Below, piece by piece: positions 14,058 to 23,769 of a stretch of DNA of 31,000 bases. The position numbers were made by a program, and so were the translations under genes. How positions within the stretch are numbered: the stretch's first letter is position 1; each line of letters starts with the position of its first letter. A model generated the notes under the pieces. The model was not told the DNA's origin, searched no databases, and saw nothing but the letters and a program-made list of their open reading frames with translations. This DNA is from a virus (Duplodnaviria > Caudoviricetes): positions 1 through 31,000 of IMG/VR virus record IMGVR_UViG_3300044477_000109; one strand, written 5' to 3'.

Positions 14058-16137
14058 TGAGGCCAACCCTCCCGAGCGTCGAGAAGTCTATCCCGTAGCT
14101 CTCCATAATATCCTCTATCATCTTCCTCTTTTGCGCCTGCGTGGCCCTGGAATTAAGCGCGGTAGCAAGAAGCTGTTTAGCCTTTGCTTTCGTGCCGCCC
14201 GACTTTTCAGCCGCATCGCCGATAAGTTCAGAGAGCATATCCATAGCCGTGCTTTTTTGCATGACTGCGTTCGGGTCTTGCCCAAGCCCAAGGACGCCAC
14301 CGGAAGACTTGAGCGCCGTTGGGAGATTCTTGGCGATACCGCGCGAAACGTCAAGAGCCCTGATAAACTTTGACCGTTCATCGGGATCAGGGTAGAACAT
14401 CCCGGCAAGTTCTCGAGCGTCGAAGGGGTTGCCATCCGCGCCTATCGTGGCCGCGCCTACCGTCTGTATGAAATCCTTGAAGTCCTGGCTGTCGGGCTCG
14501 ACGCCGTTCGCCTTCGCGTAGTCGGTCAGCTTGGCTAGCACCTGGCTCATATAGTCCGCCTGAGTAGCCTGCCCAAGCTCTGCGCCGTCTTGAGCCGCTA
14601 CCGCTTCGCCTTCGGTCTCGGGCGCCGCTTCTTGAACCGCCCTATTAGTATTGGCCGCCACGCGAGAGCCTACGCCCGCGACAGTCCCGGCCTCTTCCGC
14701 TATCTTAGGCGCTACTTTCTCAGCCAAGCCCGCGAGGGTATCGCCGCTAGAAACCCCCTTGCGGAGGGCCTGCGTCAAGAGTTTGCTACCGCCAAAGCCA
14801 AGCGCGGCACCGAGAGCCGCACGGGAAGCTTTTTCTTTTAGGTCGTCGTCAGGGCCTCCAAGAAGCGAACTACCGCCGCCAAGGAGAGAGGCCGCCGCCG
14901 CCTTCTCGAACGTGGGCGAGCCTAGACCGAACTTCGTAGGGGCTATCTCGCTCCGAACTTCGCCCTTTGCAATCGGCATCAAGAGACCATATTCGCGTTT
15001 GAAGTTCGGGGGAATCTTAACGCCCGACGCTTCCGCCGTCCTCATTACCGCATCATCAAGGTTCGCGCGTATCTTTTTGGATACATCGAACATCGCATCG
15101 GCTATTTCCTGATTTGGCTCTTTCCCCGAGCGAGCATACTTCGCCATATCCTCTAGCTTGCTTCGGATATTGGCCATGCCAGTACGGGAAGAAATGGGCG
15201 ACATTACCTTTCCCATAGCTTCCTTGATTATCTCGGGGTCATACTTCGAGGCCAAGGAATCGAGATCGGCTTGCTTGAGCGATCCCGCGAGAACGTCCGC
15301 GCCTTTCTGGCCGCCCACGGCTTTCTCGTATACGTCGTCAAGCTGTTTCCATATCGCCGATTGTTCGCTGGCCGCCTTCTCGACAGCGCCTTCCTTGTAA
15401 AGTTTCTTGCTCTTGATAAGGTCGGACAGCTCTTGCCGAATATCGTCAACCGTCCGCGCCTGCTTCATAGCGCCCGAGCCCTCGCCCGACATCCGCTGGA
15501 CCGTCTGCAAAAGCTCCCGCGTCCGCGCGTTCGTGAGCCCGATAGTCGCTTTTTCCGTTGCCTTTTTCCCGAGCCGGGCAAGCATGGGCGCATATTTGGC
15601 CAAGGCACCGCCCGCCGCGCCGCCGAGGCCTCCGAATAGGACGCCCTGCGTTACGTCTTTACCGATATCGCCTGCGTCCTCGCCTTTGAAGTATCCTCGC
15701 GCCCCTTGCTCCAAGGCTCCGGCGGCTGCTCCTTTCTCGGCGAGGCGCAGGATGCTAGGCGCGGCCTTTTCAGCGAGCCCGCCTGCTTTCGCGGCAGTAC
15801 CAGCCAGCTCGGCCGCCCGGCCTACGTCCCCAGCTCCTTCGGCAAGCTTGGCGAGGTCAAGAGCCGCTTCAGCGCCCTTCGCCGCTTTTACTGCCTTGAG
15901 CCCCTTCGCCCCTAGTTGGATTCCTTTAGCCAATCCGCCTACCGGGATAAGCGACGAACCGATAAGACCGACAGTTCCGCCGATATCATGGGCCTTTTGG
16001 TATTTCTTGATGTACTCGTCAAGATTCTGCCCGCCGCCTAGCTTGCGTACAAGCCACTCGGGAGCGCCGAAAAGTGCCTCATTCGCGGCACTCTCGCCGC
16101 CTGCGAGCAATTCGTTCCAGTCTATCGGGGTAGCCAT
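14050..16137 (-). CDS. Putative DNA ejection (internal virion) protein
   Basis: 695 aa, Ala/Gly-rich and helical with glycine-zipper hydrophobic stretches; podoviral gene position. Confidence 0.7.
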   Translation of the reverse strand: MATPIDWNELLAGGESAANEALFGAPEWLVRKLGGGQNLDEYIKKYQKAHDIGGTVGLIGSSLIPVGGLAKGIQLGAKGLKAVKAAKGAEAALDLAKLAEGAGDVGRAAELAGTAAKAGGLAEKAAPSILRLAEKGAAAGALEQGARGYFKGEDAGDIGKDVTQGVLFGGLGGAAGGALAKYAPMLARLGKKATEKATIGLTNARTRELLQTVQRMSGEGSGAMKQARTVDDIRQELSDLIKSKKLYKEGAVEKAASEQSAIWKQLDDVYEKAVGGQKGADVLAGSLKQADLDSLASKYDPEIIKEAMGKVMSPISSRTGMANIRSKLEDMAKYARSGKEPNQEIADAMFDVSKKIRANLDDAVMRTAEASGVKIPPNFKREYGLLMPIAKGEVRSEIAPTKFGLGSPTFEKAAAASLLGGGSSLLGGPDDDLKEKASRAALGAALGFGGSKLLTQALRKGVSSGDTLAGLAEKVAPKIAEEAGTVAGVGSRVAANTNRAVQEAAPETEGEAVAAQDGAELGQATQADYMSQVLAKLTDYAKANGVEPDSQDFKDFIQTVGAATIGADGNPFDARELAGMFYPDPDERSKFIRALDVSRGIAKNLPTALKSSGGVLGLGQDPNAVMQKSTAMDMLSELIGDAAEKSGGTKAKAKQLLATALNSRATQAQKRKMIEDIMESYGIDFSTLGRVGLSV

Positions 16138-16138
16138 G

Positions 16139-17224
16139 CTATTTGCCCTTTATCCCCTGGATTAAGCCGATGCCGAGTTGCTGGCCCTTAGTAGAGCCAG
16201 GGATACCGGCAATCGGCTTAAGTCCCGCAAGCTTCAGCGCGTTTTCCTCGCGCATGGTTTCAATTTCCCGCGCGTTGGCCTGCGTGTCTTCTTGGAGCGC
16301 CCGCTCGAATTGCGCGGTTTTCGATAGCTTCTCTATCTCGGCGAGCTTGGCTTGCTTGGCTTTCTTGCGCTCGACATAGGCGGGCGTCTGTAGATTCCAG
16401 CCTGCCGCCGCCGCCTGGATTACGTCCCAAAAGGTCGGCTTGTCATCGTCGCCGGCTCCCGTTTCGGCCTTCATGTCGGCGATGATCTTGTCAACCGCCG
16501 TTTGTTTTTTGGGAGTTAGCTTCGGAGGCTCGACGGCCGGCGCTTCTTGGGGCGTCTCGGTTGGGAAGTCTCGATAGACTGCCGGGCTTTCACCTTTCCC
16601 GAGCGCAGCAAGGCTGCCCTCGGGGTCTAGGTATCCAGTCGCGCCATTGGCCCGCGCCGCCGCGATAGCCTTAGCTGCCTCTTCCTTGCTCGGCAATGGA
16701 GGATTGCCTATCTGCATCTCGGGGGCCGACTTGGTAAGCGCCGAAAGTTCAAGTTTCTCGCCGGGCGTGAGTGTCCCAGCCCTGAGCTTGGCATCAAGCA
16801 CTTTCCACCTGGCCGCCCGTGTATTTTCATCCTGGGCAACGTCAACCGCCGCGCTCGAAACTGGCCGAGGGTCCAGAGGCGCACTTGTGTTCGCGTTAAC
16901 TCGGACCGGCATCGTCCCGGCAGGCGGAGCTTGCTTTACCACGGGAGCCGGCTGAACGGCGGGCGCTATTTTTTGAGGCTGAGGAAGCGTTATCGGGTTT
17001 TTCTTCGCGGTCAATTCATTAAGGCGATCCTTTTCTTTTTGCGTGGCGGTTCCGGCTTGCACCTTGGCGAAAAGTCTTTTTATCTCCTCGTCGTCGTTGC
17101 CGGTCGCGGCAGTTGCTATTTTCTTGGCCGCCTCTTGCTTGGCCTTTTGGCTCTCGATATAGGCATCGGACGCCGCCGTATATGCTTGCGCCGCCTGAGC
17201 TTTCGGGTCTACGGGATCAGGCAT
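16139..17224 (-). CDS. Putative ejection protein
   Basis: AAGGAG RBS before MPDPVDPK; Ala/Lys/Pro-rich. Confidence 0.65.
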   Translation of the reverse strand: MPDPVDPKAQAAQAYTAASDAYIESQKAKQEAAKKIATAATGNDDEEIKRLFAKVQAGTATQKEKDRLNELTAKKNPITLPQPQKIAPAVQPAPVVKQAPPAGTMPVRVNANTSAPLDPRPVSSAAVDVAQDENTRAARWKVLDAKLRAGTLTPGEKLELSALTKSAPEMQIGNPPLPSKEEAAKAIAAARANGATGYLDPEGSLAALGKGESPAVYRDFPTETPQEAPAVEPPKLTPKKQTAVDKIIADMKAETGAGDDDKPTFWDVIQAAAAGWNLQTPAYVERKKAKQAKLAEIEKLSKTAQFERALQEDTQANAREIETMREENALKLAGLKPIAGIPGSTKGQQLGIGLIQGIKGK

Positions 17225-18272
17225 TTTTGACTCCTTTAAGCTCGCGCAAGAGGTTTTCGATATCCTTAATTCGCCGCCCTTGCTCACTTATCGCCGCCGT
17301 GTTGATCGTCGAAAGCCGGCGCGTGTCAATCATTTTGCCCTGGGGCGTATCGATCACGGCAGGGGCCGCTGCTGTCTTTTCGGCATCTTGCGCCATAATG
17401 CCGGCTTCCTGTCGCGGATTGCCTTTGTACTTGTACGCATAGCCTTGTATTTTCGCGAGCGAGTCCGATATGCTCGATTTTTTCTTGACATCTTCCTTTA
17501 GCCTTCGGTCGGAGAAAAGAGATGCAATCCCAGCGATAGCGCCCGCGCCACTCGAAGCCCCTTGCGCGAGCGTTCCCGCCGCCCCTGTCTGCCCTGCGTT
17601 GGCTACCGATGCCGTAGTTTGATTGCCAGCATTGGCGGTCGAGGCGGTAGTTTGATTCGCCGCTGTGGACTCAGAGGCGCTAGTCTTATTCGCCGCCGAG
17701 GCGATAGACGCCTGGGTAGAAAGGCTCGCGTTTGATTGATTGATTGCGGCTTGGAGATTCGCGGCATTTTGCAGGCGCTCATTCATCGATTGCCCGAGCT
17801 GCGCTTGTCGGTTGACGTTTTGCCCGAATTGCTCGACGCCTTGAGCCATGCCAGCGCCATAAGCATTAGCCGCCTGGGCGCTCCCGGCAAGGGCCGCCTG
17901 GCCTCCGAGCATCCCGCTCGTTTTTGCGGCCTTTACCGCCTGAGCTACCGCCTGATCAGATTGGCTTGCGGCTCCCGATCTGGCCGCTTCCTGCGCTCTG
18001 GCCATCGTAGCCGCCGCGCCGCCCGCCGTATCCTGGGCAGTAAGCGCGTCATAGTTGGCCATGAGGCCAGACGCCCCCGCCTTGGCCTGGGCTATCTCTT
18101 CGGGAGTTGCGGCTTGCGCCGCCGTCGCTTCGTATCCGGTCGCCTCGGCTCCGGTCGCCGTGCCAGCGACGGCAGTAGTCCCGGCTCCGCCAAAAAGGAA
18201 ACGCTGCCAATCGTTCACTTCGGTTTCCGTCCCGTTCCCCGTTTCATCTCTGCCTTCCTGTCCGGGTTCCAT
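17217..18272 (-). CDS. Putative ejection/pilot protein with C-terminal peptidase S74-like domain
   Basis: Ala/Gln/Gly-rich body followed by FSDRRLKEDV...YKYK...GIMAQD...V. Confidence 0.75.
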   Translation of the reverse strand: MEPGQEGRDETGNGTETEVNDWQRFLFGGAGTTAVAGTATGAEATGYEATAAQAATPEEIAQAKAGASGLMANYDALTAQDTAGGAAATMARAQEAARSGAASQSDQAVAQAVKAAKTSGMLGGQAALAGSAQAANAYGAGMAQGVEQFGQNVNRQAQLGQSMNERLQNAANLQAAINQSNASLSTQASIASAANKTSASESTAANQTTASTANAGNQTTASVANAGQTGAAGTLAQGASSGAGAIAGIASLFSDRRLKEDVKKKSSISDSLAKIQGYAYKYKGNPRQEAGIMAQDAEKTAAAPAVIDTPQGKMIDTRRLSTINTAAISEQGRRIKDIENLLRELKGVKNA

Positions 18273-18281
18273 ATTTGCCCC

Positions 18282-21023
18282 TTACCTATTCACTACAACG
18301 GTCGTGCCCGCCTTGGTCACTGTCGCAGTCGCCGCAAGCAATACTATTTTTTCGGCGCTCTCCACTCGCAACGAGGCCGAGATACTACGCTTTTGCAGTG
18401 GTACATATTCGATGGATGCGTAGCCCTCGGAATCCCACGGGTTCGCGATATCGCCTATTATGTAATCTCGGGTTTCTAAATACTGGCTGGCTTCGTCGAA
18501 GTATTCGTAAGTAACCGTGACAGTTGCTTGCGCCTTGTCTTCTTTATATACCCGGATTACGAAACGGTCAATCATCTGCAAGGAGCGGTCGGAATAGCCT
18601 ATAAACTTGGATTGCCATAGAAGCGCAGTTATTTGCTCGCCGGCATTTCCCCACGTGCCGCCGTCGAGAATATCGTAGGTGTTCCCCCACGTGCCGCCGT
18701 CAAGCGTGTCGGCATAGGCGACGCCCCACGTGCCGCCATCTATAATGTCTCCGCTCGGAGGCGCTACGGCGCTCATCGCATTGAACATGAATCGTTCAGC
18801 ATAGCCATCCTTCGCGAGCCATATTCCATCGACCGTTGCGAACGGCTTAGGCGAGGATGACCAGGGGAGCGGGCTTTCCGATATAATTCCGTCTCGAATG
18901 AATATGACCGCCGAATCAGCAAGCAAGGCCAGCGTATTCTCAACCACGGAATAGATACCATCGTTTATGGGCTCGCGCCGATTAAATAGCGCCTGCTTGC
19001 CCACCGATTGCCCGCCGTTGAAACTGAATAGCGAATTATCGAATGCGGAAATAAAGTACGCCTCTGTGGGTGAGGCGGTAAGGAACCGGAGCCCGCGTAC
19101 CGGCACTATCTTGGCCGCTGATTGCAGTGCATTCCCGGCAGATACCACTAGCCCCTTTATCCATTCGCTATCGACAAAATAAACATTTGAGTAAAGAACA
19201 AACGAATCATAAAGGCCAGGGATTTCATTGCCAAGCTGATACCCGTCGTAATCTGGCTGTCGAAGAGCTGTAGACTTTATGAGTCTTGCGGATCGCTCCA
19301 CAATCTCCGATTGTATAGGTATTGGGAGTGTTTGATCATCGACATAGATAGTTCCAAGCAGGGAAGGATTAAATGCTTGCCCTAGCCCCGATTGAATACT
19401 TCCGAAGTAATTTAGTGACGAAGGCGGCAACCCAACAAATATATCAATTAGTTCATTATTAGGGCTAAATTGTACTGATTCTGGGATTTCAATAAATGTG
19501 ACAATGCCCGCATGGGTCGCTGTATTGTTTTTATATCCGCCGTCAACACTCCCGCCATATTCTCCGCGATGCCGAGCCGCCCAGGCTCCTTCGGAGGAAA
19601 ACCCAATTACCGCGAAACCATTAAAGGCATTTCCGCCCATCTTGAGGTCGCCAGTAACCGTATCTGCAATATTAAGACCAGATGCGCAGTTTATTTTTAC
19701 TATCCCGGCCTTTATTTCTTGCATCCTAAGATATTCATCATCAGATATTTCTATCATAGCGAAAGCATTATCTCCGCGCTGATAGGTTACAAGACAGGTA
19801 TTAGTATCTATCTTTAACGAATGGGGACAATAGTATGGGTTTAATTCGCCTATCTCTGTTATCGGGCATCCAATCCCATCTCGATCAAAAGAAAACGAAA
19901 TATACGATGCGTTACCCGCTATAGTATGTAATTTAAGGGCAAAATCGGGTAGCTCTGGAAATATATTCCCATAGATTTCGGGAACATCCGTTTGGTTAGT
20001 TACCCATGTTCTCTCATTTTTTAGCGCAGTGAATAAATATGTAGCCGGGGTTGTTAAATTAATGCCCAGCCCTCCGTATGTAACAACCTTTTTTGCCGTC
20101 TGTGGTTGTCCCAACCCAACCAAAGAATATGTCCAGGGGTCTCCGTCTATTGCCGGAGGAGTGAAAATACATTCGTAATTAGTATAAAGGCTTACCAATA
20201 TCCATGTTTTATATACTACTATCCCGGTTGTCGGGTTATATACTTGCATTAAGGCAAGCGTTATCGCCGTGGCTGGCGCTATTTGGCTGCCAATGCCCAG
20301 CGTATTAATCATCCATAGATTTCTAGTTAGGGCATATCCTGTCCATATCCCTATTTCTAAAAGCCAACCATGGCTGTAGAAAGCGTTAATGCTAACGCCA
20401 TTGCTTAACGATGAAACATTTATCGTACCTGAAAAAACGGTTCCTGCTTGATTTAAAATATATGCAGTGACAAGAGGCGTGGGCGTATATACAAAAGAAT
20501 ATGCTGCAATACTTAAAACCGTTGCATAAGTTGGCTGTGTATAGCGGACAAACTTAATATCGGCAAGCCCGGTTGGTATGTTGAATGAACGGATATTGAG
20601 CCGCTCGAATGTATCGCGGTTAACTTCCTCGATTGTCGCAAGCCCCTGCGCGAAATAGAGAAGCAAGAGCGTCCCGGTTATCGTTATTTGAACATCGGCG
20701 ACGTTCGCGCTCAATAGCTTGCGAGACTTCACGCCCCAAAGCGGCACTTTGCCAATGTTGCGGCCATCGGAATAGACCTGGAAGCATTTATTAACTATAT
20801 CGCGCTTAAGCTGCGCCTTCGAGCCATTCGAGCAATAAAAAGTCTCCTCGTAATCTTGATCGAGGCCAATATCTACCGCGAGATTAGTTACGCCGCCCTC
20901 GCGACAAATACCTGTATTTTTGAGGATAAGGCTCTGCGCGTCCCACGTCGTCAAGTCTCGCTCAACCGCTGATGTATCGATTGATTTTTCGAGGAGTAGC
21001 GGGATCAATGCTTGATCGGGCAT
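18282..21023 (-). CDS. Putative tail nozzle/hub protein (positional analogue of P22 gp10 / T7 gp12)
   Basis: 913 aa, beta-rich, directly after the adaptor gene. Confidence 0.65.
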   Translation of the reverse strand: MPDQALIPLLLEKSIDTSAVERDLTTWDAQSLILKNTGICREGGVTNLAVDIGLDQDYEETFYCSNGSKAQLKRDIVNKCFQVYSDGRNIGKVPLWGVKSRKLLSANVADVQITITGTLLLLYFAQGLATIEEVNRDTFERLNIRSFNIPTGLADIKFVRYTQPTYATVLSIAAYSFVYTPTPLVTAYILNQAGTVFSGTINVSSLSNGVSINAFYSHGWLLEIGIWTGYALTRNLWMINTLGIGSQIAPATAITLALMQVYNPTTGIVVYKTWILVSLYTNYECIFTPPAIDGDPWTYSLVGLGQPQTAKKVVTYGGLGINLTTPATYLFTALKNERTWVTNQTDVPEIYGNIFPELPDFALKLHTIAGNASYISFSFDRDGIGCPITEIGELNPYYCPHSLKIDTNTCLVTYQRGDNAFAMIEISDDEYLRMQEIKAGIVKINCASGLNIADTVTGDLKMGGNAFNGFAVIGFSSEGAWAARHRGEYGGSVDGGYKNNTATHAGIVTFIEIPESVQFSPNNELIDIFVGLPPSSLNYFGSIQSGLGQAFNPSLLGTIYVDDQTLPIPIQSEIVERSARLIKSTALRQPDYDGYQLGNEIPGLYDSFVLYSNVYFVDSEWIKGLVVSAGNALQSAAKIVPVRGLRFLTASPTEAYFISAFDNSLFSFNGGQSVGKQALFNRREPINDGIYSVVENTLALLADSAVIFIRDGIISESPLPWSSSPKPFATVDGIWLAKDGYAERFMFNAMSAVAPPSGDIIDGGTWGVAYADTLDGGTWGNTYDILDGGTWGNAGEQITALLWQSKFIGYSDRSLQMIDRFVIRVYKEDKAQATVTVTYEYFDEASQYLETRDYIIGDIANPWDSEGYASIEYVPLQKRSISASLRVESAEKIVLLAATATVTKAGTTVVVNR
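18649..18740 (-). repeat. Three in-frame DGGTWG repeats
   Basis: CCCCACGTGCCGCC at 18649, 18685 and 18724. Confidence 0.9.
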
Positions 21024-21024
21024 G

Positions 21025-21660
21025 TTACCATCCTGAAAGAGTAGATCGGTAAACGTTCGCAGTCTTGACGTGCCGGAGGCTATCGCGGCCCCTGATCGCT
21101 ATTTCAAAGCGGTTCCAAAGCCGTTGGTATTCCGCCGCATGCTTGGTAATGTCGGCATTCTGGATATTTCCTATGTCCATCGCCATTTGATACGCGAGGA
21201 TAAGCGGCTCAAGCGCCGGTGGATATACGATATCCTCGGTAGTCAAAGTATACTCAATCGGCGCAGGGTAGTATTCGAGTCTATACGAATCGTAACCCGT
21301 GCCGATAAACAGCCTAAGCAATGCGTTATGGAAGCGGTAGCCCTCGCCCTGGTTCACGTCTTGCGGGTCCTTGCGGCGAAGCTGATTCTCACTCGTGCCA
21401 GAAACGGCTACCAAATTGCGGAGCCGGTAAAAGTCAGCAGGCAATGTAACATCGTAGACGCGCTCGCGAACGGTCGTAAATGATGCCGGGAGCAAGGTAA
21501 CTTCAGTAACAAAAAACTCGTCATCGGCTTGGAGAATGCGCTCGTAAATATCACGATAGGCCCGGTTAAGCGTTCGAAGCTCATCGCCCGCCGCGAAGAA
21601 ATTGGAATTATTGATCTGAGCGTAAAATCGGGCCGCTGTGATGATTTCGGATACTAGCAT
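21025..21660 (-). CDS. Head-tail adaptor protein
   Basis: MLVSEIITAAR...LRTLNRAYRDIY...YDVTLPADF; follows the major capsid gene. Confidence 0.75.
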   Translation of the reverse strand: MLVSEIITAARFYAQINNSNFFAAGDELRTLNRAYRDIYERILQADDEFFVTEVTLLPASFTTVRERVYDVTLPADFYRLRNLVAVSGTSENQLRRKDPQDVNQGEGYRFHNALLRLFIGTGYDSYRLEYYPAPIEYTLTTEDIVYPPALEPLILAYQMAMDIGNIQNADITKHAAEYQRLWNRFEIAIRGRDSLRHVKTANVYRSTLSGW

Positions 21661-21673
21661 GGCGGGCCTCCGG

Positions 21674-21707
21674 AAAGGGAAAGGGGCGAGCGGGATTGCC
21701 CGCCCCT
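21674..21707 (-). terminator. Intrinsic terminator or attenuator after the capsid gene
   Basis: 10-bp stem AGGGGCGGGC/GCTCGCCCCT followed by TTCCCTTT (weak U tract). Confidence 0.7.
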
Positions 21708-21714
21708 CGGTGAA

Positions 21715-23121
21715 CTACGCTACGAGAGTGACATCAAGCTGGACGACGCAGCAGTGCGCGGGATTGCGCACGAAGAACGCGCCGAAGAACTGAGTCGTGA
21801 CCCTCGCGCCCTGGCCGTCGGTCGTATCCGAGGGAGCCGTGGCGACAAGGTCGTCAATGTTCCACTGGTACTGCATCGGGGGCGCATCCTGGGCCGCGAT
21901 CTTGGGCGCCCCGCCCTCGTTCGTGCTGGGGATATTCGTCTCGATGGGCTTGGGATTCGACAGCATCGCCATGCCGATAGACTCGGTTTCCAGAATGTAG
22001 GCCACGCCCACGGGGCAGTAGGGATCGTCAACCACATACTGTATCCACGTCGAGCTGAAAGCGAACATCATCGAAGTTAGGCCGTTGACGGCCTTCATTT
22101 CCGATCCGGCGGCAGGGCCGTTGATCTGCTGGAAGTAGGTTTGGGCCGCCTTTATCTCGCCGATGATAGTCCCGAAGTCCACGTCGTTGAGGACGATCAT
22201 ATCCGGGACACCGCCGCCGCGCCTGGCGTAGCGAACGCCCTTGACGATGGCGTCGGCATACTTTTCAGCCGCGCCATTGTTGCGGAGGTAGAACTGTCCA
22301 GCCATGCGCGTGACGTGAGTCGAGCGCGTGAGACCGAAGAAGTCCGTGCCGATGTAGGAAGTCCAGGTCGCGCCCGTCCTCGATCCGATGATCGGGAGCC
22401 AGCCGCGCAGGCCCACGAACATGAGGGGCTTGCCGGAGCCGTCTCGGAACCCGTAAATCTCGCACCAGTCGCCGGTCGCGCAGGCCGCGTCGTACTGAGC
22501 CGCCACGGTCACGGTCACGGTATCGTTGCCGTTATCCGCGATCTTCGTGACTACCGAAGGCGTAGCGTTGCGCAGGGTGCCGCCAGGGGTCGGGCCGGTC
22601 GAGAAGAGAATCTTCGATCCGATGTCGATGGCCAGAGCGCCGTTGGACTTCATCGTGAAGATGAGCCGGCCAGCATCCACGGTTACGGGCGCTACCTCGC
22701 AGTATCCCATGCCGAAGATCGCGTTGGCGATAGTCTTGCGAAGGGCCTCCTGCGAAGCATAGAAATACTCGCGCAGGAACTGGATGAAGGCGCCGTTTCC
22801 GCCGCCGTTGTCGGAGGCCAGGTGCTCCTTGGGCGAAATGTCGAAGCGGGAGAAGCACTGCCCATAGGGCACCTTCGCCGCCGTGTTCGCCGCCGCGCTC
22901 GTCGCCGTGAGCAGGGTAAAGTCTCCCGCCACGCCGCCGCCACGCGAATAGAGCATCGGGATCACGTAATACTTTCCGTAGCCGGGGACTTTCTGGATCT
23001 TGGCCAGAGTCGGGCTATTCCTCTCGAGAAGATTCTGGACGTCCTTCTCGTTGTAGGATTCCTTGAGAATCGCAAGAACGCTAGCGGCGCTAAAGCCGGG
23101 CGTTACATCACCGAGAGCCAT
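21715..23121 (-). CDS. Major capsid protein
   Basis: 468 aa; AGGAGG RBS; strongest GC3 codon bias; ILKESY N-terminus and VRNPAHCCV C-terminus; follows the scaffold and precedes a terminator. Confidence 0.85.
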   Translation of the reverse strand: MALGDVTPGFSAASVLAILKESYNEKDVQNLLERNSPTLAKIQKVPGYGKYYVIPMLYSRGGGVAGDFTLLTATSAAANTAAKVPYGQCFSRFDISPKEHLASDNGGGNGAFIQFLREYFYASQEALRKTIANAIFGMGYCEVAPVTVDAGRLIFTMKSNGALAIDIGSKILFSTGPTPGGTLRNATPSVVTKIADNGNDTVTVTVAAQYDAACATGDWCEIYGFRDGSGKPLMFVGLRGWLPIIGSRTGATWTSYIGTDFFGLTRSTHVTRMAGQFYLRNNGAAEKYADAIVKGVRYARRGGGVPDMIVLNDVDFGTIIGEIKAAQTYFQQINGPAAGSEMKAVNGLTSMMFAFSSTWIQYVVDDPYCPVGVAYILETESIGMAMLSNPKPIETNIPSTNEGGAPKIAAQDAPPMQYQWNIDDLVATAPSDTTDGQGARVTTQFFGAFFVRNPAHCCVVQLDVTLVA

Positions 23122-23141
23122 GTTTTGTACCTCCTATGGCT

Positions 23142-23756
23142 TTACGCGGGCTTGCGGCCACGGAATCTCCGGGCCTCTTCCGCTAGTTCAGGCGGGAGAT
23201 CTCCCGTCTTGACTTCTATTTCCAGAGCCTTCCCCTTTGGGGATATCCCCTCCGGGCCAGACTCGGAACCACCAGGCGCGTGTTCCGCGCTCTCTTCGGC
23301 GGGCGACTCCATCGCTTCATGCTCCGGGGTTCCCTCCGCTTGCTCCTCGTCGAGGCGGGCTTTCAGCTCGCTTACGATCTGATCGAGTACGCCAGGAATG
23401 CCTTCCTCGCTCGCTCCCTCTTGCTGAAGGAAGGCAAGGATACATTCCACGGCATCGCCCACGAGGTCAGACTTGAACGTTTTCGCATAGCGCGGAGCGT
23501 AAGCCTTTAAGCCCTCGTGAGCCCCTACCATGTTCGCATAGCGGGCCTTTTTCCGGTCGGCCAGAATGCCGTTGAATCCGCCGATCATTGACCCAAAGTC
23601 GCTTGTAACGGCTTTGAGCTGAGCGGCTAGACTCTCGCTGTTCGAGTCGTCGAGCTGCTTATCGTGCCAGTCAACTTTCTCGGCGATCTGCCCGATTACT
23701 TCGGCGAGCTGTCCTATCGCGTCCTCTATGGCCGCTAGGCGCTCTTCGGGGTCCAT
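23142..23756 (-). CDS. Putative scaffolding protein
   Basis: Acidic helical protein with a basic C-terminal tip, between portal and capsid. Confidence 0.7.
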   Translation of the reverse strand: MDPEERLAAIEDAIGQLAEVIGQIAEKVDWHDKQLDDSNSESLAAQLKAVTSDFGSMIGGFNGILADRKKARYANMVGAHEGLKAYAPRYAKTFKSDLVGDAVECILAFLQQEGASEEGIPGVLDQIVSELKARLDEEQAEGTPEHEAMESPAEESAEHAPGGSESGPEGISPKGKALEIEVKTGDLPPELAEEARRFRGRKPA

Positions 23757-23769
23757 GTGCAGAGCCTCC

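Noticed and set aside
14038-18514. Many plus-strand ORFs, e.g. 15407-16165 and 17736-18479
   Set aside because: Shadows of Ala/Gly-rich minus-strand virion genes in GC-rich DNA
18649-18740. Mini CRISPR array
   Set aside because: The repeats are only 14 bp, in-frame within a CDS and encode a peptide motif; no cas genes are present
22141-23382. 413-aa plus-strand ORF
   Set aside because: Antisense shadow of the strongly codon-biased capsid and scaffold genes; no RBS and no protein-like features
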